From Gammaproteobacteria bacterium (lineage in GTDB: Bacteria > Pseudomonadota > Gammaproteobacteria > BMS3Bbin11): a stretch of DNA of 34,919 nucleotides. The stretch covers positions 1 to 34,919 of the forward strand of contig JASJFV010000173.1 in NCBI GenBank assembly GCA_033791885.1. The letters are read 5' to 3'. The first letter of the stretch is position 1. Every line of letters starts with the position of its first letter. This document shows, piece by piece, positions 29,342 through 34,919 of this stretch. Under the pieces are notes generated by a model that worked only from the letters and a program-made list of their open reading frames with translations, was not told the origin of the DNA and searched no databases. Position numbers and translations under genes: made by a program.

Positions 29342-31720
29342 ATGGATAAACTGGTTGTTGGCTTAGAAGAAGTCGGGAATGGAGATGTCGCAGTAGTCGG
29401 GGGTAAAAATGCCTCGCTCGGTGAAATGATCAATGGCCTGTCTGCTACAGGTGTAAAAGTCCCCGGAGGCTTTGCTACCACAGCTGAGGCATTCAGGGAA
29501 TTTCTCTCTGAAAACCGACTTGATAAAAGAATCAGCGATCGCCTTCAGGGTCTTGATGTTGATGATGTCAATGCATTGGCCGAGACCGGTAATGAAATCC
29601 GTCGCTGGCTGATTGATGCGCCATTTGGCCAGCGACTGCAGGAAGAGATCAGCGCGGCATATCGCAAAATGGAAGAGCAGTATGGCGAAAATGTCTCAGT
29701 TGCTGTGCGGTCTTCAGCGACTGCAGAGGACCTTCCAGAGGCGTCCTTCGCCGGTCAGCAGGAAACCTATCTGAGTATTCGAGGAATTGGCAATGTGCTG
29801 AATGCTATGCGCCATGTATTCGCCTCTTTGTATAACAACCGTGCTATTGCCTATCGTGTCCATCAGGGGTTTGAGCATGATGTAGTGGCATTGTCTGCCG
29901 GCGTCCAGCGAATGATACGAAGCGATATCGGCAGCGCAGGTGTGCTATTTACTCTCGACACAGAAAGTGGATTTCGAGACGCTGTCTTCATTACCGGGGC
30001 ATGGGGCCTGGGCGAAACAGTTGTTCAGGGTGCGGTAAATCCTGATGAATTTTTTGTTTATAAGCCCTCTCTTGCATCTGGACACCAGGCAATTATTAGC
30101 CGTCAGCTTGGTGGCAAAGCCATCAAGATGATTTTCACCGGCGCCTCAGAGCACGGAAAATCAGTTCGCACTGTCGATGTAGAACCCGCTGATCGCCAGC
30201 GATTCTGCATCACTGATGAACAGGTTGAAACACTGGCTAAACATGCTGTGAACATCGAGAAGCATTATGGTAGACCGATGGACATCGAATGGGCGCTTGA
30301 TGGTGAAGACGGTGAACTCTATATCGTTCAGGCAAGACCGGAAACTGTGCGCAGCAGGGAAACCAGCGAAGCAGTTATTGAGCGCTATCATCTACAGAAG
30401 AAGAGCGGCGTGATAGCAACAGGTCGGGCGATTGGTAGAAGAATTGGCAGTGGTGTTGCCAGGATTATCCGTGACCCGTCGCAAATGAGTGAAGTAGAAC
30501 CCGGTGATGTGCTGGTGACTGACATGACTGACCCGGACTGGGAACCAATCATGAAGCGGGCCTCAGCGATTGTGACTAATCGAGGCGGCCGCACATGCCA
30601 TGCAGCGATCATAGCCCGTGAGATGGATATACCCGCAATTGTGGGATGCGGCGATGCGACTGAAAATATTGAAACGGGGCAGGGAACCACCGTTTCATGC
30701 GCAGAAGGCGACACCGGTTGTGTTTATGACAGCATTCTTCCGTTTGAACTGGAACGGCATGCAGTAGACAATCTTCCGGATCTGCCGGTAAAGTTGATGA
30801 TGAATGTCGGCAACCCGACACGAGCTTTCGATTTCTCCAATATTCCGAACCAGGGCGTAGGTCTCGCGCGGCTGGAATTTATCATTAACGTTATGATTGG
30901 AGTACACCCACGGGCACTTATTGACTACAACCGCCTGGATACATCTCTGCAACAGGAAATCGCCGAGAGAATGGCAGGTTATGACGGTCCAGTAGAATTT
31001 TATATAAATAAAATAAAAGAAGGTGTTTCAACTCTCGCTGCTGCATTTGCCCCTGAACCCGTCATCGTACGTATGTCGGATTTCAAGAGTAATGAATATA
31101 TCAATTTACTCGGTGGTAGTCTCTATGAGCCAGAAGAGGAAAACCCGATGATCGGCTATCGTGGCACGTCACGTTATCTTTCTCCGCAGTTCAAAGAGAG
31201 CTTTGCCATGGAATGCAAGGCAGTGAAATCAGTTAGAGAAGATATGGGGCTGGTAAATGTTCAAGTGATGGTGCCATTTGTGCGAACGCTTGATGAAGCA
31301 AGAGCCATAATCGACTTATTGGCAGAGAACGGTCTGCAACGTGGAGAAAACGGACTCAAGGTATTGATGATGTGTGAGTTGCCGTCAAATGCAATTCTGG
31401 CAGATGAGTTTCTGCAGTACTTCGACGGCTTCTCGATAGGTTCCAATGATCTCACGCAGCTGACCCTCGGCCTGGATCGTGATTCAGCCCTTGTGTCTCA
31501 TTTATTTGATGAGCGTGATCCGGCTGTTCTCAAAATGCTGTCGCTGGCGATCAAGGCATGTAAGAAGCAGAACAAGTATGTTGGTATTTGCGGGCAGGGT
31601 CCATCAGATTACCCTGATCTGGCGGCATGGCTGTTAGAAGAAGGAATTAGCAGCCTGTCGCTGAATCCTGATACTGTCATTGAAAGCTGGCTTGATCTGG
31701 CTGAGCGACAACGGGGATAG
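29342..31720 (+). CDS. ppsA: phosphoenolpyruvate synthase
   Basis: 792 aa, colinear with E. coli PpsA. Shared motifs: [30 protein letters not shown], phosphohistidine motif [23 protein letters not shown]. Confidence 0.96.
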   Translation: MDKLVVGLEEVGNGDVAVVGGKNASLGEMINGLSATGVKVPGGFATTAEAFREFLSENRLDKRISDRLQGLDVDDVNALAETGNEIRRWLIDAPFGQRLQEEISAAYRKMEEQYGENVSVAVRSSATAEDLPEASFAGQQETYLSIRGIGNVLNAMRHVFASLYNNRAIAYRVHQGFEHDVVALSAGVQRMIRSDIGSAGVLFTLDTESGFRDAVFITGAWGLGETVVQGAVNPDEFFVYKPSLASGHQAIISRQLGGKAIKMIFTGASEHGKSVRTVDVEPADRQRFCITDEQVETLAKHAVNIEKHYGRPMDIEWALDGEDGELYIVQARPETVRSRETSEAVIERYHLQKKSGVIATGRAIGRRIGSGVARIIRDPSQMSEVEPGDVLVTDMTDPDWEPIMKRASAIVTNRGGRTCHAAIIAREMDIPAIVGCGDATENIETGQGTTVSCAEGDTGCVYDSILPFELERHAVDNLPDLPVKLMMNVGNPTRAFDFSNIPNQGVGLARLEFIINVMIGVHPRALIDYNRLDTSLQQEIAERMAGYDGPVEFYINKIKEGVSTLAAAFAPEPVIVRMSDFKSNEYINLLGGSLYEPEEENPMIGYRGTSRYLSPQFKESFAMECKAVKSVREDMGLVNVQVMVPFVRTLDEARAIIDLLAENGLQRGENGLKVLMMCELPSNAILADEFLQYFDGFSIGSNDLTQLTLGLDRDSALVSHLFDERDPAVLKMLSLAIKACKKQNKYVGICGQGPSDYPDLAAWLLEEGISSLSLNPDTVIESWLDLAERQRG

Positions 31721-31889
31721 TTCTGTCAGGCTCGTTATATCGGTTAAAGCTCGGAATATGTACCTGATCTGTGCTGGGCCGCAAAATGGACCAGCTAGAT
31801 CGGATGAGATACAACGATATGGCGTATCCTGTGTAAATCTTTAATCGAGTAATTCATCTTTCGTCTAAATTTATTTAAGTGAGTAAAAA

Positions 31890-32666
31890 ATGAAAAGGTT
31901 AGTACTTGTCCGTCATGGGCAGAGCATGTGGAATCTGGAAAATCGTTTTACCGGCTGGACAGATGTTGACCTGACTGATCGCGGAATAGAAGAGGCTATC
32001 GAGGCAGCCAAGTTATTAAAGGAGGCCGGTTTTGTTTTTGATCAGGTTTATACTTCTTTGCTCACACGCTCAATCAGGACTACCTGGATCATTCTCGATA
32101 ACATGGACCTCATGTGGGTGCCATTGGAAAAAACCTGGGTTTTGAACGAGAGACATTATGGCGCGTTGCAAGGGATGGATAAAAAAGAAGTAATGCAGAA
32201 CTATGGTGAGGAACAGGTTCAACAATGGCGTCGTGGATTTGAAGTACGCCCCCCCGAGCTAAGTAAAGCAGACCCACGCCACCCGATGTATGACGTTCGT
32301 TACAGTGATCTGGGTAGCAAATTACCGAATACTGAATCATTGCACGATACGCTGGACCGTGTACTTGAATACTGGGAAAGTACAATTCGCCCACAGATAG
32401 AAGCAGGAAAGCAGGTGATGATATGTGCACACGGTAATAGCCTGCGCGCCCTGATGAAATATATAGAAAATATTTCGGATGAAGATATTGCCAAGGTCAA
32501 CATGCCGACTGGCATCCCTCTGGTCTATGAACTCGACGAAACTATGCACGCACAAAAACGTTACTACCTTGGAGATAAACGAAAAGTTGAAGCCGGTATA
32601 AATGAGGTAGCGTCACAGACCGGGAATAAAGCGGTAAATGACAAGAAAGCAAAAGCGAAAAATTAA
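31890..32666 (+). CDS. gpmA: 2,3-bisphosphoglycerate-dependent phosphoglycerate mutase
   Basis: 258 aa. N-terminus is LVLVRHGQSMWNLENRFTGW (catalytic His), with ERHYGALQG and AHGNSLRAL also present. Confidence 0.95.
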   Translation: MKRLVLVRHGQSMWNLENRFTGWTDVDLTDRGIEEAIEAAKLLKEAGFVFDQVYTSLLTRSIRTTWIILDNMDLMWVPLEKTWVLNERHYGALQGMDKKEVMQNYGEEQVQQWRRGFEVRPPELSKADPRHPMYDVRYSDLGSKLPNTESLHDTLDRVLEYWESTIRPQIEAGKQVMICAHGNSLRALMKYIENISDEDIAKVNMPTGIPLVYELDETMHAQKRYYLGDKRKVEAGINEVASQTGNKAVNDKKAKAKN

Positions 32667-32731
32667 GTAATGCCTGTGATTACATGCCGGGCATAGTGAA
32701 ATAAATAGCATTAACCAGAATCGAGATTATT

Positions 32732-34141
32732 ATGGAACACAATATTGATGTCGTCATTATCGGAGCGGGTACAGCCGGGCTATATGCATTGTCCCAGGTA
32801 ATTCAGAATCGCAAAAGCTACCTGATTGTGCAAAACGGTGAATTAGGCACGACCTGTGCAAGAGTGGGTTGCATGCCCTCCAAGGTCCTGATTCAGGCCG
32901 CAGAAGATTTTCATCGCCGCAAGGCTTTTGAGCGCGAAGGTATAAACGGTGCTGAGGGGCTTTCTGTCGATAAAGAAGAAGTTATGGAATTCGTCCGCGA
33001 GCTGCGCGACTCTTTCGTTGAAAGGGTTCATGGCAATAATGACAAGCGCCTGAAAGATCATATTATTCATGGCCAGGCGGAATTCATAAAGCCTGGGCTG
33101 CTGCGAGTGGGTGAAGATACTGTAAATTATGGCGCTGTTGTCATCTCCAGTGGGTCAACCCCTGTCATCCCTGCAGCCTGGCAGGCTTTTTCTGATCGTA
33201 TTATTACAACCGATACCCTGTTTGAGATGGCAGAACTACCTGACTCTATGGCAGTGATCGGGCTGGGAGTGATTGGCCTCGAGATTGGACAGGCTCTGGC
33301 TCGTCTGGATGTAGCTGTGACCGGCATCGATATGGCCGAGCAAATTGGAGGCATCGAGGACCCTGAGATACATCAGTCAGTGGTTGAAACCCTGTCACGA
33401 GAATTTCCTCTCTGGCTTGGGCACGCAGCAGACGTGACTGCCGAAGCGACAGAGCAGGGTGAAAAGCTGCGCGTAACAGCTGGTGAGAACACAGTGCTGG
33501 TCGATAATTTACTGGTCAGTATGGGACGTAAGCCCAACCTGACAGGTATGAAACTGGAAAACCTTGGCATTGAACTGGATCCACAGGGCGTACCGCTTTA
33601 CAACCCGAATACTATGCAATGCGGCGATCAACCGGTCTTTCTAGCAGGAGACGTTTCAGGTGACCGACCAATCATGCACGAAGCCGGTGATGAAGGACGG
33701 ATTGCCGGAGTAAACGCTGCCAGGGGAACTATCCAGGCATATCGACGCAAAACACCATTGGCAATTACATTTTGCGATCCGAATATATGTACAGCCGGGG
33801 CAACATGGTCTGAACTGGATCAGGAAACAACCGTCATAGGGCAAGTGAATATGGCGCCGGTTGGACGGGCCCTGATCATGACCAAAAACCGGGGGCTTAT
33901 CCGTGTCTATGGCGATAAAAAAAGCGGAAAGCTGTTAGGTGCAAGCCTGTTCTGTATTAAGGGTGAGCACCTGGCTCATCTTGTGGCATGGTGCATACAG
34001 CAGGGTCTGACAGTATATGATCTGCTGAAGATGCCGTTTTATCACCCGGTCATTGAGGAAGCCCTGCAAGCCGCCTTGCGTGACCTCGCGACAAAAGTGG
34101 AAGACAAACCGGCTGGAATGCTGGATATCGAAAAACTATAA
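32732..34141 (+). CDS. dihydrolipoyl dehydrogenase-like class I pyridine nucleotide-disulfide oxidoreductase
   Basis: 469 aa. FAD motif is VVIIGAGTAG. Redox-active disulfide is GTTCARVGCMPSK. Second dinucleotide fold is AVIGLGVIGLE. C-terminal dimerisation region has FYHP..E. No adjacent E1/E2 genes, so the physiological partner is unknown. Confidence 0.75.
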   Translation: MEHNIDVVIIGAGTAGLYALSQVIQNRKSYLIVQNGELGTTCARVGCMPSKVLIQAAEDFHRRKAFEREGINGAEGLSVDKEEVMEFVRELRDSFVERVHGNNDKRLKDHIIHGQAEFIKPGLLRVGEDTVNYGAVVISSGSTPVIPAAWQAFSDRIITTDTLFEMAELPDSMAVIGLGVIGLEIGQALARLDVAVTGIDMAEQIGGIEDPEIHQSVVETLSREFPLWLGHAADVTAEATEQGEKLRVTAGENTVLVDNLLVSMGRKPNLTGMKLENLGIELDPQGVPLYNPNTMQCGDQPVFLAGDVSGDRPIMHEAGDEGRIAGVNAARGTIQAYRRKTPLAITFCDPNICTAGATWSELDQETTVIGQVNMAPVGRALIMTKNRGLIRVYGDKKSGKLLGASLFCIKGEHLAHLVAWCIQQGLTVYDLLKMPFYHPVIEEALQAALRDLATKVEDKPAGMLDIEKL

Positions 34142-34236
34142 GTTTTTAGTTTTCGATCTTGATACTTGAAACTAATTCTATTCCGATGTCTGGGCTTAGC
34201 GCTTAGTTCAATACCAATCTAGTGCGATTAATCCTT

Positions 34237-34788
34237 TCAGGACCGTAAACATTTTCCTGTCATAGCATCATAGATCGGTGTAGGACTATCCAGTTCTCCC
34301 AGCGGCCCTTCTACAACAATGCTCACCTTGTCTGCAAAATAACGCCTCACTCCATTGGCAGACAGTGCCGGTGGATGGCCCTCCGGGTTTGCACTGGTCG
34401 ATACAATGGGTCCTCGGAATGACCGGCATATCAGGTTTGCCACAGGGTGGCTGGTAACCCGGACGGCAATGCCGTCATGTTGTCCACGTAGATAATGACT
34501 GACATTTTCTGTCGCTGGCAGGATCCATGTGGTCGGGCCGGGCCAGCTTAGCAATACCTTTTCCTTGTTCAATTGTTCCTTGTCTATGTAGGGATAAAGT
34601 TGATCGACTGAAGCGGCAATGAGAATTAATCCCTTGTTCCAGTGGCGGTGTTTAATCTGCAGCAGAGTCCTGACGGCTTTGCTGTTACGTGGATCACAGC
34701 CAAGCCCGTAACAGGACTCGGTTGGGTAGGCAATTATTCCTCCGCTATGAAGAACAGAATCAGCCTGTTTGATGAGTGAACGGTTCAG
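34237..34788 (-). CDS. tsaC: L-threonylcarbamoyladenylate synthase type 1 (TsaC/YrdC family)
   Basis: Hand translation upstream of the truncated track ORF gives ..LIKQADSVLHSGGIIAYPTESCYGLGCDP..KGLILIAAS.., continuing into SWPGP..VRVTSHP..STSAN. This is colinear with E. coli TsaC. The frame is open only from 34797 and has no ATG/GTG/TTG before 34572. The 5' end given here is the CTG at 34788 and is a guess. Confidence 0.75.
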   Translation of the reverse strand: MNRSLIKQADSVLHSGGIIAYPTESCYGLGCDPRNSKAVRTLLQIKHRHWNKGLILIAASVDQLYPYIDKEQLNKEKVLLSWPGPTTWILPATENVSHYLRGQHDGIAVRVTSHPVANLICRSFRGPIVSTSANPEGHPPALSANGVRRYFADKVSIVVEGPLGELDSPTPIYDAMTGKCLRS

Positions 34789-34919
34789 ACCCGAGACTCA
34801 CGGCTGATGGCACGGTGGCCGATATCTGTTCGATAATACACATTATTCCAGTGGACCTGTCTAACCGCTTCATAGGCACGTTGTTGTGCGTCAGTGACCG
34901 TGTTTCCCAGTGCCGTTAC
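34785..34919 (-). CDS. purD: phosphoribosylamine-glycine ligase, C-terminal end (partial, runs off window)
   Basis: Hand translation gives VTALGNTVTDAQQRAYEAVRQVHWNNVYYRTDIGHRAISRESRV*, which matches the conserved PurD C-terminus (E. coli ..VTALGDTVAEAQKRAY....IHW......RKDIGWRAI..). Confidence 0.8.
   Translation of the reverse strand, partial: VTALGNTVTDAQQRAYEAVRQVHWNNVYYRTDIGHRAISRESRV

Noticed and set aside
34237-34572. TTG at 34572 as the tsaC start (111-aa track ORF)
   Set aside because: It would delete the conserved N-terminal half (YPTE..GLGCD, KGLILIAAS). That half is encoded in the same open frame upstream. The TTG is an internal Leu codon.

Overview
The window is the chromosomal replication-origin neighbourhood of a moderately AT-rich, gammaproteobacterium-like genome, and it is almost entirely core housekeeping genes. 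On the minus strand lies the classical string mnmE-yidC-yidD-rnpA-rpmH. rpmH is too short for the ORF track and was found by hand translation. This string diverges from dnaA-dnaN-gyrB on the plus strand, and recF is absent. Next come apaH-pip-mlaA (minus) and a tightly packed plus-strand run of MoxR ATPase, DUF58 protein, TgpA-like transglutaminase, thiD and thiE, followed by hemL. The only accessory-looking stretch (about 19.2-24.0 kb) has two parts. One is a minus-strand cluster of three small membrane ORFs around an uncharacterised nucleotidyltransferase. The other is a diverging pair: a small 4-TM protein and a 2-TM K+-channel-like protein with two RCK domains. After that come prmB, rpmE with a clear intrinsic terminator, rho with a long leader, trxA, diverging rhlB, ppsA, gpmA, an Lpd-like flavoprotein, tsaC and the 3' end of purD. 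I saw no rRNA, tRNA, CRISPR, transposase, integrase, or recognisable defence or toxin genes. I do not see a convincing novel multi-gene system. The observations most worth follow-up are: (1) the DnaA-box and trinucleotide-array architecture on both sides of dnaA; (2) the orphan nucleotidyltransferase and membrane-protein cluster; (3) the atypical channel module; (4) a tsaC gene with no canonical start codon. All functional calls rest on recognised motifs and synteny read by eye. No database search was run.
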